Source of the DNA: an uncultured Alistipes sp.
GTDB lineage: Bacteria > Bacteroidota > Bacteroidia > Bacteroidales > Rikenellaceae
Length of the DNA stretch: 64,000 nucleotides
NCBI GenBank assembly: GCA_937899895.1
Contig: CALBQR010000034.1
Coordinates: 2,514 to 66,513, forward strand
Direction of reading: 5' to 3'
A program made the position numbers and the translations under genes. Under the pieces are notes generated by a model that was given only the letters and a program-made list of their open reading frames with translations, did no database searches and had not been told where the DNA came from. Of the stretch, positions 48,362 to 59,032 are shown in pieces. How positions within the stretch are numbered: position 1 is the first letter of the stretch; every line of letters starts with the position of its first letter.

Positions 48362-50272
48362 TTATTTCAACAATTTAGCCAACGAAGCCAAGTTACGCTC
48401 GTTCTGAACGCTCTTGCCTTCGGGCGTGTAGAGGTAGTCCAAGCGGTCGGCGAAGTGAGTCTCGACCTTGCCGCGAACAACCTTCATTGTGCTATTAACC
48501 AAGCCATTCTGCTCGGTGAATGCCTCATCAACAATTGCCAAACCGGCGGGCAACCAACGGTGCGGGAACTCGGTCTCGAACTCGCCGCCCTTGTGGTACT
48601 TATTGATCTCCGCCTCGATCACGCGTGCAGCCTCTGCGGCTTTATCTGCGTCAGCGATATTGTGCTCTTTGATATGGCGTTTCAATGCTTCGGCATTGGG
48701 CACTACGATTGCACCAGTGAATGGGCTTTGGTTGTTGTAGATGATAATCTGGTCGATGTAGGGAGACTTATCGACAATCGCCTCCTCCATACCTTCGGGG
48801 CTATACTTCTCGCCGTCGCTTGCAATCAGCAGGCTCTTGAATCGACCCAGCACGTAGAGGAAATCATCGTCGGTCATATAACCCATATCGCCCGTATAGA
48901 GCCAACCGTCGCGAACAGTATCGGCTGTTGCCGCCGGATTCTTCCAATAGCCTGCCATTACGTTCTCGCCACGAATAACAATCTCGCCCTTCGTGCCATT
49001 AGGCTGTTCGCGACCCTCATCGTCAAGGATGCGGATATCGAGCGGCTGAACGAGCTTACCCGACGAGCCAAAACGGTGCTGCTTTTTCAGTGGTACGTTG
49101 GTCGAGATTACGGGAGTTGCCTCCGACAGACCGTAGCCCTGCATCATCGGAATACCGATAGCGTAGAAGAAACGCTGCAACTCCGAGTCGAGCAGTGCGC
49201 CACCGCCAACAAAGAATTTTAACTCACCACCAAATGCCTCGCGTACTTTCGAGAAGAGAATTTTATCGAACAGAGCAACCGCGGGACCCAATACGAAACG
49301 CCAACCGCGACCCTTGTGGAAACCGTCTTGATTGTATTCGTATGCAGTGCGCAGAGCGAAGTTGAATAACTTCTCGGTCGTTGCACCTTTGGCGCGGATC
49401 GAGGTCTCGATGCTCTTGCGGAAGTTCTTCGCCAATGCGGGTACCGACAGCAGGAAGTGAGGCTTCACCTCGCGGATATTTGTGGGGACGTTACGCAGTG
49501 TCTCCATCGGCGTACGGCCCACCTGTGTAGTTGCAACCGTTGCACCGCAGGCAATCATAATATAGAAACCAACAACGTGAGCAAAGCAGTGGTCCAACGG
49601 CAGAATGATCAACGTACGATATGACGAAGGAATCTGAATACGTGTGAGCGACTGCTCGACGTTTGCCGTATAGTTACGGTGAGTCAAGATTACACCCTTC
49701 GGATCAGCCGTTGTGCCCGATGTGTAGGTAATTGTCGCGTAGTCGTCATTCTGAATTGCGCGACCGATTTCGAGGAACTTCTCGCGGTTCTCCGAGAGAT
49801 ATTTCTCGCCTTCGGCTTTCAGCATTGAGAGGGTAATTTCGCCCTCCTGCAAATCCTCAATCTCGTGGAATACGATCACCTGCTGCAATTTGGGCAGACG
49901 CTCGCGGATACGACGAATCTTGGGCAACTGATATTTTGAAACGAAGATCGATTTCACGTCGGCGTGCTCCAAACGGAACAGCAGGTCGTTATCCTCTTCC
50001 AACTTAATCGAGAGAGGCACACTGATTGCACCGGCGTACAACAGACCCAGCTCCGACATAATCCACGCATTGCAACCCTCCGAAAGGATTGACACGCGAT
50101 CGCCGCGCTCAATGCCCGTAGCCGTTAAGCCGGCACCAATTGCCAACGCCTCGTCGCGGGTTTGGTTATAGGTTGTAGGCTCAAATTCGCCTGTTGTCTT
50201 TTCGAGTAGAAATGTCTTTTCTCCATACTTGGCCACTGATGACTCAAAAAGGTCGATAATGGTCTTTTTCAT
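48362..50272 (-). CDS. Long-chain fatty acyl-CoA synthetase (AMP-binding)
   Basis: YTSGTTADPKG, LPLDH, GYGLSE, GENVMAGYW, TGDMG, GRFK. Confidence 0.92.
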   Translation of the reverse strand: MKKTIIDLFESSVAKYGEKTFLLEKTTGEFEPTTYNQTRDEALAIGAGLTATGIERGDRVSILSEGCNAWIMSELGLLYAGAISVPLSIKLEEDNDLLFRLEHADVKSIFVSKYQLPKIRRIRERLPKLQQVIVFHEIEDLQEGEITLSMLKAEGEKYLSENREKFLEIGRAIQNDDYATITYTSGTTADPKGVILTHRNYTANVEQSLTRIQIPSSYRTLIILPLDHCFAHVVGFYIMIACGATVATTQVGRTPMETLRNVPTNIREVKPHFLLSVPALAKNFRKSIETSIRAKGATTEKLFNFALRTAYEYNQDGFHKGRGWRFVLGPAVALFDKILFSKVREAFGGELKFFVGGGALLDSELQRFFYAIGIPMMQGYGLSEATPVISTNVPLKKQHRFGSSGKLVQPLDIRILDDEGREQPNGTKGEIVIRGENVMAGYWKNPAATADTVRDGWLYTGDMGYMTDDDFLYVLGRFKSLLIASDGEKYSPEGMEEAIVDKSPYIDQIIIYNNQSPFTGAIVVPNAEALKRHIKEHNIADADKAAEAARVIEAEINKYHKGGEFETEFPHRWLPAGLAIVDEAFTEQNGLVNSTMKVVRGKVETHFADRLDYLYTPEGKSVQNERNLASLAKLLK

Positions 50273-50294
50273 ATTTTATGTTTGTTAGTGATTA

Positions 50295-52085
50295 TTAGTC
50301 CATCTTCAAAACTGCCAAGAATGCCGACTGGGGCACCTCGACGTTACCGATCTGGCGCATACGCTTCTTACCCTTCTTTTGCTTTTCGAGCAGCTTACGC
50401 TTACGCGAGATATCACCACCGTAACACTTTGCAGTTACATCCTTACGAACCGCTTTAACCGTTTCGCGGGCGATAATCTTTGCGCCGATTGCCGCCTGAA
50501 TAGCGATATCGAACTGCTGACGCGGGATCAGCTCTTTCAACTTCTCGCACATCTTGCGACCGAAGTCGTAGGCGTGAGCCTGATAGATCAGCGACGAGAG
50601 TGCATCAACCGGCTCGCCATTGAGCAGAATATCGAGTTTTGCCAACTTACTATCCTTGTAACCCGTGCGGTGGTAGTCGAACGAAGCGTAGCCCTTCGAG
50701 ATACTCTTCAACTTGTCATAGAAATCAAATACGATCTCCGACAGCGGCATCTCGAAATTGACCTCGACACGATCCTGCGTGATAAAGGTCTGATTTTTCA
50801 GCACACCACGCTTGTCGATACAGAGTTTGATCACATTGCCCAAGAAATCGGTCTTGGTGATGATCTGCGCATTGATATACGGCTCTTCGATCGAGGCAAT
50901 ATTGGTTATGTCGGGCAGACCTGATGGGTTGTGTACATCAAGCACCTCACCCTTGGTTGTGGTAATACGATACGAAACGTTGGGAACGGTGGTAATTACG
51001 TCCATATCGAACTCGCGGTACAGACGTTCCTGAATAATCTCCATATGCAGCAATCCGAGGAAGCCGCAACGGAAACCGAAGCCCAATGCCAACGAGCTCT
51101 CCGGCTCGAATGTGAGCGATGCGTCGTTCAACTGCAACTTTTCGAGCGATGCGCGCAGATCCTCGTACTGATCTGCCTCGACGGGATAGACACCCGCAAA
51201 GACCATCGGCTTAACATCCTCGAAGCCTGCAATAGACTCCTCGCAGGGACGAGCAATGTGGGTAATCGTATCACCCACCTTTACATCGGTCGATGTTTTG
51301 ATACCCGAAATGATGTAGCCCACGTCGCCTGCACCGATCTCATCGCGGGGGTGCATTTTGAGTTTGAGCACACCGATCTCGTCGGCGTCGTACTCGCTAC
51401 CCGTATTGAAGAACTTCACGTGGTCGCCTTTGCGCAACTTGCCGTTGAAAATTCTGAAATATGCGATAATACCTCGGAACGAGTTGAAAACCGAGTCGAA
51501 AATCAGTGCCTGCAACGGACCTTCGGGGTCGCCTTTCGGCGCGGGGATACGCTCGACAATTGCTGCCAGCACATCATCTACACCCTCTCCCGTCTTGCCT
51601 GATGCCGCCAAAATCGAGTTAGGATCGCAGCCGAGCAGATCGACAATCTGATCCTTCACCTCATCGACCATTGCCGACTCCATATCGATTTTATTCAATA
51701 CGGGAATAATTTCCAGATCGTTGCCGAGAGCCAGATATAGGTTCGAGATTGTCTGTGCCTGAATACCCTGCGTAGCATCTACAACCAGCAAAGCACCCTC
51801 GCACGAAGCGATTGCGCGCGACACCTCGTACGAGAAATCGACGTGTCCCGGAGTGTCGATCAGATTGAGCGTATAGGTCTGTCCGTCGTTATGGTGGTAC
51901 TCCATCTGAATAGCGTGGCTCTTGATGGTAATACCCTTTTCGCGTTCGAGATCCATATCATCGAGCACCTGAGCCTGCATTTCGCGCTGGTTAAGCGTGT
52001 TTGTGAATTCGAGCAGGCGGTCGGCTAACGTACTTTTGCCGTGATCGATGTGAGCGATGATACAGAAATTGCGGATATTTTTCAT
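50295..52085 (-). CDS. lepA: Translation elongation factor 4
   Basis: [57 protein letters not shown]. Confidence 0.98.
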   Translation of the reverse strand: MKNIRNFCIIAHIDHGKSTLADRLLEFTNTLNQREMQAQVLDDMDLEREKGITIKSHAIQMEYHHNDGQTYTLNLIDTPGHVDFSYEVSRAIASCEGALLVVDATQGIQAQTISNLYLALGNDLEIIPVLNKIDMESAMVDEVKDQIVDLLGCDPNSILAASGKTGEGVDDVLAAIVERIPAPKGDPEGPLQALIFDSVFNSFRGIIAYFRIFNGKLRKGDHVKFFNTGSEYDADEIGVLKLKMHPRDEIGAGDVGYIISGIKTSTDVKVGDTITHIARPCEESIAGFEDVKPMVFAGVYPVEADQYEDLRASLEKLQLNDASLTFEPESSLALGFGFRCGFLGLLHMEIIQERLYREFDMDVITTVPNVSYRITTTKGEVLDVHNPSGLPDITNIASIEEPYINAQIITKTDFLGNVIKLCIDKRGVLKNQTFITQDRVEVNFEMPLSEIVFDFYDKLKSISKGYASFDYHRTGYKDSKLAKLDILLNGEPVDALSSLIYQAHAYDFGRKMCEKLKELIPRQQFDIAIQAAIGAKIIARETVKAVRKDVTAKCYGGDISRKRKLLEKQKKGKKRMRQIGNVEVPQSAFLAVLKMD

Positions 52086-52132
52086 ATATTAATATATTTT
52101 CAATTTTGCGCGCAAATATAATAAAAAAATCT

Positions 52133-52150
52133 TTATTATTATTATTATTA
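52133..52150 (+). repeat. (TTA)6 microsatellite between divergent promoters
   Basis: Lies between the -7 elements at 52113-52120 (minus, lepA) and 52156-52163 (plus). Confidence 0.8.
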
Positions 52151-52329
52151 ATTATTATATTTGCACTTCATTATCATAATCCGTTATGAAGCAGCGTAGA
52201 GATCGCTGTGGTCGTTTGACCGCCCATATATGGCGTTTGACCCTCTGTTTTGGCTGTTTCACACCCATATTGGGAGCGTTTGGGTGAGTGTTGTGGTAAT
52301 TTTGTATGGAGAATAATAAAGAGATAAAT

Positions 52330-55059
52330 ATGAAACGATTTCTACCATTCCTCTGTCTGTTGCTGATGACTACGGCTATATCGGCGCAGGAGGTTGCGCA
52401 AGAGGTTTCATCGGAGACTACCCCGCAACTTGCGCAAGAATTGTCCTATGACCGTCTGCTTGATGGTTTTGCTCGTATGTATGCCAATAGTTTGCACGAG
52501 AAGGTCTATCTTATGACCGATAAACCCTACTACTCGGCAGGCGAACGAGTATGGATACGTGGTTGGGTGGTCGATGCAGTATCGCACACGGGACAAACTC
52601 CGACCAACTATCTCTATGTCGATTTGGTTGATTCGGGAGATGATCTTATTCAGCGAATTAAAATTAAGCGCGATTCGACAGGTTTTAATAATGCGATTGA
52701 TCTGCCTGCCGATATTAAGGCCGGTAGCTACTCGTTGGTGGCCTATACCCGATGGCAGACCAATTGGTCGGAGGATCTCTTCTTCCGCCGTCGTATCGAG
52801 GTCGGTAATTCGATCGACGATGTGGTAATGCACGATGTCAGCTACGTTCTTGGAGAGGACAGCACGGCTACGGCAGTTGTCCGCTTCTACGGTTTTGATG
52901 GTCCGTATGCGGATTGCCGAGTTGAATGTACCGAGAAGCGTGGCGAAAAGCGAGATCGCAGTTTCACCCTCCGTACCGATAGCTACGGTCAGGTATTTGT
53001 GGAATATACGCCTCTCGAAGGTGCTTTGGGTGAGATCGAGATGATGCTCGATGTGCCGAATCGACTCTATACGGCAACAGTCATACTCCCCAATATCAAC
53101 AACTCTATCGACGTCGGTTTTATGCCCGAAGGTGGTGATTTGATCGCAGGTGTCAAGCAGCGCGTGGCATTCAAGGCAATCGGCACTGATGGCTATGGCC
53201 GTGATGTCGTGGGCGTTGTGTGTGATGAGTCGGGAGCAGAGATCTGTCCGTTAGCGACACAATATCGCGGAATGGGCGTTTTTGAATTTACTCCGCAAGA
53301 GGGAAAGATATATTATGCGGAGGTCGAATATGGCAATCGCAAATTGCGCTATGCTATGCCGGAAGTTAAGAGCGAGGGTTGTGCTTTGCGCATTGAGCGT
53401 GATGGCGACAAGTGGATGTGCGAACTGCTCTCGGCGGCCGATTTCGATCGCTCGAATTTGAGCGTGTTGGTTCATTCGCGCGGTGCGTTGGTCTATCTGG
53501 TCGATGACCTGACAACGAGCTTCCCGATACCCGAAAAGATGTTGTTGGAAGGCATTTCGCAGGTGGCTGTTTTCAACCGCCTGACAGGTCAAATTTTAAG
53601 CGAGCGACTGCTCTTCCGCCACCCCGACAACCAGTTCTCGGTGCAGACCAAAACGGCCTTCCCTGTTACCCGTAAGCGACAGAAAGTATCACTTGATATA
53701 AAAGTCGTAAATGCCTCTGGCGAAATTGTTAATGGCGATTACGCGGTTGCTGTAACCGACAAGCGAATGGTGCGTCGCAAAAGTTCCGACGAGAATATCA
53801 TCACAAGCCTTTTGCTGACATCGGATCTGGGTGGCTTTGTAGAGGCTCCTGCCGAATATTTCGGAGCTGCACGCGAGCATACCGATCTGCTTATGATGAC
53901 GCAGGGCTGGCGACGTTTTGATATTGGTGAGGTTATTCGCGACTCGGTCGCTCTGCCGACTATTGCGTTTGAACGTTCGGCGGCAATCGAGGGTCGTATC
54001 TTCAACGCCTTTAACCGAGAACCGAAGGGTGCGCAGGTTCTTCTTCACAACAGCCGAACCAAACAAACCGAATATTTCCAGCTCGGAGATGAGCGCAATG
54101 GTAAGTTCCGTATCGAGGGCTTGGATTATCCCGATTCTACGACCTATACAATCACTACGCTGACTCGCAAAGGTGCGAATATGGTGTTGAGTGCAAAGTT
54201 GTGGGAGCCGCGACTACCCTTCCCGAAGGCCGGAATATATACTCGCGTTAAGGATGGTAAGATTGAGCAATATATCCCCGAAGAGTATCTCAATACGAAT
54301 AAAGAGAAGTACTATCAAGAGGGCGGTATGCGAGTAATCGATATTGAGGAGATTGTGGTTAAGGCCAAGCCACTTGAATCGTCGCGCTTCAAAGGTGTAA
54401 GACCTACTCACGTGGTCTATGCCGCTAAATTTGTAAAGCACTACGCTACCGCATTGGACTTGGCTCTGAAAATACCCGGTATGCGAATGAAACAGGGTAT
54501 CCGTATCGGAATGATGGTTACTAAACCGAACAGAGAGGTTATTACGATGAATGCGGTACTTGCCGGTGCTCCGCTGTCTGCATTAACTCCGCGAGTGTTT
54601 GTTTCGCCACGTATTTATGCTGATGATATGCCTATTACGCAAGATGATTTATTGAACATTCCGAGCGAAGATGTGATTTCGGTATCGTATATATCTCCTG
54701 CCCGTGCGGGAATTATGGATGATAGATATACAAATGTCGGTGCTCTGTATTATAAACTTAAAGCTCCACATCTGCGTAAATCCAATCAGAATCCATCGGT
54801 GGGCAGAATAACACCCCTCGGCTATAAGCAGAAGGTCGAGTATTATCAACCCAAATATGATGTTCCGAATCAGCCCGATTTGCGTACAACCGTAGCTTGG
54901 GTCCCTGCCGTGCAATTTGATGAAGAGGGCTGTGCTACGATTGAGTTTTACACAGCCGATCGAGCGACCGATTACGATGTGGTTATTGAGGGTATAACCG
55001 AAGAGGGCCTCCCCTGCTCCGTTCAGGCAGTTGTCGAACGTGCAGATGTAGATAGATAA
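52330..55059 (+). CDS. Large secreted protein, MG2/macroglobulin-like N-terminus and plug-like C-terminal region (paralog 1)
   Basis: Signal peptide; EKVYLMTDKPYYSAGE, LVAYTRW, FMPEGGDL, LLLTSDL, DLLMMTQGWRR, DLRTTVAW.P, FYTAD, IEGIT. Confidence 0.8.
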   Translation: MKRFLPFLCLLLMTTAISAQEVAQEVSSETTPQLAQELSYDRLLDGFARMYANSLHEKVYLMTDKPYYSAGERVWIRGWVVDAVSHTGQTPTNYLYVDLVDSGDDLIQRIKIKRDSTGFNNAIDLPADIKAGSYSLVAYTRWQTNWSEDLFFRRRIEVGNSIDDVVMHDVSYVLGEDSTATAVVRFYGFDGPYADCRVECTEKRGEKRDRSFTLRTDSYGQVFVEYTPLEGALGEIEMMLDVPNRLYTATVILPNINNSIDVGFMPEGGDLIAGVKQRVAFKAIGTDGYGRDVVGVVCDESGAEICPLATQYRGMGVFEFTPQEGKIYYAEVEYGNRKLRYAMPEVKSEGCALRIERDGDKWMCELLSAADFDRSNLSVLVHSRGALVYLVDDLTTSFPIPEKMLLEGISQVAVFNRLTGQILSERLLFRHPDNQFSVQTKTAFPVTRKRQKVSLDIKVVNASGEIVNGDYAVAVTDKRMVRRKSSDENIITSLLLTSDLGGFVEAPAEYFGAAREHTDLLMMTQGWRRFDIGEVIRDSVALPTIAFERSAAIEGRIFNAFNREPKGAQVLLHNSRTKQTEYFQLGDERNGKFRIEGLDYPDSTTYTITTLTRKGANMVLSAKLWEPRLPFPKAGIYTRVKDGKIEQYIPEEYLNTNKEKYYQEGGMRVIDIEEIVVKAKPLESSRFKGVRPTHVVYAAKFVKHYATALDLALKIPGMRMKQGIRIGMMVTKPNREVITMNAVLAGAPLSALTPRVFVSPRIYADDMPITQDDLLNIPSEDVISVSYISPARAGIMDDRYTNVGALYYKLKAPHLRKSNQNPSVGRITPLGYKQKVEYYQPKYDVPNQPDLRTTVAWVPAVQFDEEGCATIEFYTADRATDYDVVIEGITEEGLPCSVQAVVERADVDR
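54817..55019 (+). repeat. 203-bp exact direct repeat (copy 1; copy 2 at 57498-57700)
   Basis: Base-by-base identity from CTCGGCTATAAG to CCCCTGCTC. Confidence 0.9.
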
Positions 55060-55070
55060 TAAAAATAGCT

Positions 55071-57740
55071 ATGAAACGATACACTACATTCCTTGTTGCG
55101 TTAATGCTGTCAGTGGTGGCTTTGGCACAACAGCAGCCGCAAGATCGTCTGCTTGACGGCTTTGCGCGAATGTATGCCAACAGCCTTCAAGAGAAGGTCT
55201 ATTTGATGACCGACAAACCCTACTACTCGGCGGGTGAACGTATCTGGATGCGAGGTTGGGTTGTTGATGCCGTATCACATACGGGCCAGACTCCGACAAA
55301 CTACCTCTATGTCGATCTGGTCGATGCGGGCGATAATCTCGTGCAGCGAATTAAAATTAAGCGCGATTCGACAGGCTTCAACAATGCTATCGACCTGCCT
55401 TCGGACATCAAGGCGGGTAGCTACGCGCTGATTGCCTATACCCGTTGGCAGACCAATTGGTCGGAAGATTTCTTCTTCCGTCGTCGTATTGAGATCGGTA
55501 ATTCGATTGACGATGTGGTGATGCACGAAGTTAGCTATGTGTTGGGCGAGGATAATACGGCGACGGCTTTGGTTCGTTTCTATGGATTTGATGGCCCGTA
55601 TGTCGGTTATCGAGTGCAGTGTGTCGAAAAACGCGAAGGTAATAAGTCGCGTAAATTTACACTGCGCACCGACTCCTATGGCCAGGTCCGTATCGAATAT
55701 ACACCGGTTGAAGGTGTTGTGGGTGAGATTGATATGACGCTCGAAGTGCCTAATCGCGACTTCCAGACTACAGTTTTGCTTCCCGATGTGAGCAACTCAA
55801 TCAGTGTCGATTTTATGCCCGAAGGCGGTGATTTAATTGCCGATGTTAAGCAGCGCGTGGCGTTCAAGGCTATCGGTGCTGATGGATATAGCCGTGATAT
55901 TGTAGGCGTTGTACGCGACGAATCGGGCGCAGAGATATGCCCCTTTGCGGCTCAACATCGTGGTATGGGTAGTTTTGAATTTGTCCCGAAAGCAGGTGTG
56001 AAATATTATGCCGAGGTGGAGCACGAAGGACGCAAATTGCATTATGCGATACCGATGGCCAAGCGCGAGGGCTGTGCTTTGCGTATTGAACGTAAGGGTG
56101 AGAATTGGGCGTGCCAACTGCTATCGACTCCCGATTTCGATTGCTCGAATTTGGGCGCATTGATCCATTCGCGCGGAGCTTTGGTCGGTATGGTTAATGA
56201 TCTGTCAAACGAATTTTCGATACCCGAAAATATCCTTTTGGAGGGCATTTCGCAGGTTGCAATTTATGATCGCACGACGGGTCGAATTTATAGCGAACGA
56301 TTGCTCTTCCGCCACCCTACGGAGCAGTTCAAGGTGGAGAGCAAAACGGCTGCCCCCGTTACTCGCAAACGTCAAAAAGTTTTACTTAATATAAAGGTCG
56401 TAAATGCCTCTGGTGATGTCGTTAATGGCGATTATGCAGCAACCGTAACCGATAAACGAATGGTGCGTCGCGATAGCTCCGAAGAGAATGTCGTTACAAG
56501 CCTTTTGCTGACATCGGATCTGGGTGGCTTTGTAGAGGCTCCTGCCGAGTATTTCGGTGCTGCACGCGAACATATCGACCTGCTTATGATGACGCAGGGT
56601 TGGCGACGTTTCGATATTGGCGAGGTAGTACGTGATTCGATGGCTTTGCCAGCCGTTGGATTTGAGCAGACACAATCAATCGAGGGCCGAATTACCAATG
56701 CTTTCAATCGAGAGCCGAAGGGCGCACAAATCGTTCTACATAATAGTTATACCAAAACATTCGAGACCTTTACTCTCGGAGATGAACGCAACGGAAAGTT
56801 CCGCATTGATGGATTAGACTACCCCGATTCAACCCTATATACAGTCAGCGTACTCAATCGTAAAGGACAGGATAATGTGTTGGGAGTGAAATTTGCGGCT
56901 AATCGTATGCCGTTCCCCAAATCACAAATATTCACGCGGTTGAAAGATGGCAAGATTGAGGATTATATTCCCGATGAGTATCTTAATACCAATAAGGAAA
57001 AGTATTATCAGGAGGGCGGTATGCGAGTGATTAATATTGAAGAGATTGTAGTCAAAGCAAAGCCTCTCGAATCATCGGTCTTCAAAGGCGTTGTGCCGAC
57101 CTATGAGTTGCCTGTTGCGAAATTTGCGAAGACCCACGCTACGGCTTGGGATCTTGCAACCAAATTGCACGGCGTTCGCGCTATGCCTGATGGTACGTTT
57201 GCCACTCGTGAGAAAAGAGGTGTTATTACTCTGACAGAGGTTCTCGAAAGTGATAGCGTAGAGATATCGACAAATCAGTATGTTGTGCCTTTGATCTATG
57301 TCGATGACCTTGAAACTCCGATTGAAGAGCTTTGGGATATTCCGAGCGAAGATGTTGTGTCGGTGTCGTTTGTGCCTTCATTGCGCGCGGGAGTGGTCGG
57401 ACCTGACACAATCCCTCAATCGGTTATATTCTATAAACTCAAACCCGATCATCTGCGCAAGTATCGTAAGAATGCATCGATAAACTCGATCGTTCCTCTC
57501 GGCTATAAGCAGAAGGTCGAGTATTATCAACCCAAATATGATGTTCCGAATCAGCCCGATTTGCGTACAACCGTAGCTTGGGTCCCTGCCGTGCAATTTG
57601 ATGAAGAGGGCTGTGCTACGATTGAGTTTTACACAGCCGATCGAGCGACCGATTACGATGTGGTTATTGAGGGTATAACCGAAGAGGGCCTCCCCTGCTC
57701 TGTTCAGGCAGTTGTTGAGCGCGCAGATGCTGTTCGGTAG
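55071..57740 (+). CDS. Large secreted protein, same family (paralog 2)
   Basis: Colinear with 52330-55059 and carries the same motifs. Confidence 0.8.
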   Translation: MKRYTTFLVALMLSVVALAQQQPQDRLLDGFARMYANSLQEKVYLMTDKPYYSAGERIWMRGWVVDAVSHTGQTPTNYLYVDLVDAGDNLVQRIKIKRDSTGFNNAIDLPSDIKAGSYALIAYTRWQTNWSEDFFFRRRIEIGNSIDDVVMHEVSYVLGEDNTATALVRFYGFDGPYVGYRVQCVEKREGNKSRKFTLRTDSYGQVRIEYTPVEGVVGEIDMTLEVPNRDFQTTVLLPDVSNSISVDFMPEGGDLIADVKQRVAFKAIGADGYSRDIVGVVRDESGAEICPFAAQHRGMGSFEFVPKAGVKYYAEVEHEGRKLHYAIPMAKREGCALRIERKGENWACQLLSTPDFDCSNLGALIHSRGALVGMVNDLSNEFSIPENILLEGISQVAIYDRTTGRIYSERLLFRHPTEQFKVESKTAAPVTRKRQKVLLNIKVVNASGDVVNGDYAATVTDKRMVRRDSSEENVVTSLLLTSDLGGFVEAPAEYFGAAREHIDLLMMTQGWRRFDIGEVVRDSMALPAVGFEQTQSIEGRITNAFNREPKGAQIVLHNSYTKTFETFTLGDERNGKFRIDGLDYPDSTLYTVSVLNRKGQDNVLGVKFAANRMPFPKSQIFTRLKDGKIEDYIPDEYLNTNKEKYYQEGGMRVINIEEIVVKAKPLESSVFKGVVPTYELPVAKFAKTHATAWDLATKLHGVRAMPDGTFATREKRGVITLTEVLESDSVEISTNQYVVPLIYVDDLETPIEELWDIPSEDVVSVSFVPSLRAGVVGPDTIPQSVIFYKLKPDHLRKYRKNASINSIVPLGYKQKVEYYQPKYDVPNQPDLRTTVAWVPAVQFDEEGCATIEFYTADRATDYDVVIEGITEEGLPCSVQAVVERADAVR

Positions 57741-57765
57741 TAAACTACCGACATAAAAAAAGAAT

Positions 57766-57822
57766 GTTTCGGTGGCAAAAGTTGCGAGTATCGTTTATTT
57801 GCTCTACTTTTGCCGCCGAAAC
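57766..57822. terminator. Long hairpin between paralog 2 and lysA
   Basis: GTTTCGGTGGCAAAAGT / ACTTTTGCCGCCGAAAC; the right arm overlaps TACTTTTG. Confidence 0.55.
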
Positions 57823-57841
57823 TACGTTTTAGACCAACACT

Positions 57842-58999
57842 ATGTTTAGCAACCAGATTATTGACAAACTCGCAACATATCGCACTCCGTTCTATCTCTA
57901 CGATGTGGAGTTGCTACATCGCACGTTGCAGTGCGCTGTCGAGCAATCGACACGCTACGGCTACCATATTCACTACGCTTTGAAGGCTAATTTCGACGAC
58001 CATCTGTTGGGGGTTATTCGCAGTTATGGTCTTGGTGTTGATTGCGTTAGTGGTAATGAAGTACGCAAGGCTGTTGAGTCGGGCTTCGATCCGCGTAAGG
58101 TGGTGTATGCAGGTGTCGGTAAGAGCGATGAGGAGATTCGCTACTCGATCGAGCAAAATATCTTGGCTTTCAATTGTGAATCGCGCCAGGAGTTGCAGGT
58201 GATCGATCAGATCGCTGCCGAGATGGGTCGCACGGTCGATGTGGCTCTGCGAATAAATCCCGACGTTGATCCCAAAACGCACAAACATATCTCGACAGGA
58301 CACGGCGACAGTAAGTTCGGTATCTCGTACCGTGAAATTGAGCAGGTGGCCGACGAACTCGAACAGCTGCGTAATATCCGTATTGTCGGTCTGCATTTTC
58401 ACGTTGGTTCGCAAATCTTGGATATGACCGTTTTTGAGAATCTTTGTCGCCGCGTGAATGAGATTTCGCGTTGGTTCGAGCAGCGCGGTTTCGCATTGGA
58501 GCATATCAATGTGGGTGGCGGTCTGGGTATTGATTATGATGATCCTGATCGCGCTCCTGTTCCCGATTTTGAGAACTATTTTGCTGCATTTGCCCGCTCA
58601 CTCGATGTCGGTGATAAGCAGGTGCATTTCGAGTTGGGTCGCTCGATTATCGGCCAATGTGGTGAGCTGATTTCGCGTGTGCTCTATCGTAAAACTACCC
58701 CGACAGGTCGCGAGGTGGCTATCGTTGATGCGTCGATGACCGAACTGATGCGCCCTGCGCTTTATGGAGCGCACCACCGCATTATCAATCTCACTTCGCC
58801 TGATGCTCCGCAGATGAGCTGTATGGTGGCAGGAACGGTGTGTGAATCGTCGGATATTTTTGCTCGCGATGTTGAATTGCCCGAACTGCATCGAGGCGAT
58901 TTGGTGGCAATTCAATCGGCGGGTGCGTATGGCCGTTCGATGGCATCGTGCTACAATTTGCACGCTCTGCCCGATGCGGTTTATAGCGATGAGCTTTAA
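57842..58999 (+). CDS. lysA: Diaminopimelate decarboxylase
   Basis: TPFYLYD, YALKAN, DCVSGNE, LRINP, SKFG, HFHVGSQ, NVGGG, RPALYG, CESSD, GAYG. Confidence 0.95.
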   Translation: MFSNQIIDKLATYRTPFYLYDVELLHRTLQCAVEQSTRYGYHIHYALKANFDDHLLGVIRSYGLGVDCVSGNEVRKAVESGFDPRKVVYAGVGKSDEEIRYSIEQNILAFNCESRQELQVIDQIAAEMGRTVDVALRINPDVDPKTHKHISTGHGDSKFGISYREIEQVADELEQLRNIRIVGLHFHVGSQILDMTVFENLCRRVNEISRWFEQRGFALEHINVGGGLGIDYDDPDRAPVPDFENYFAAFARSLDVGDKQVHFELGRSIIGQCGELISRVLYRKTTPTGREVAIVDASMTELMRPALYGAHHRIINLTSPDAPQMSCMVAGTVCESSDIFARDVELPELHRGDLVAIQSAGAYGRSMASCYNLHALPDAVYSDEL

Positions 59000-59032
59000 C
59001 ATTAGATAACCAAACTAAAACTACTGAACGAT

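Noticed and set aside
52187..52288. 33-codon ORF upstream of paralog 1
   Set aside because: No distinguishing composition or attenuator structure; cannot be supported without conservation data.
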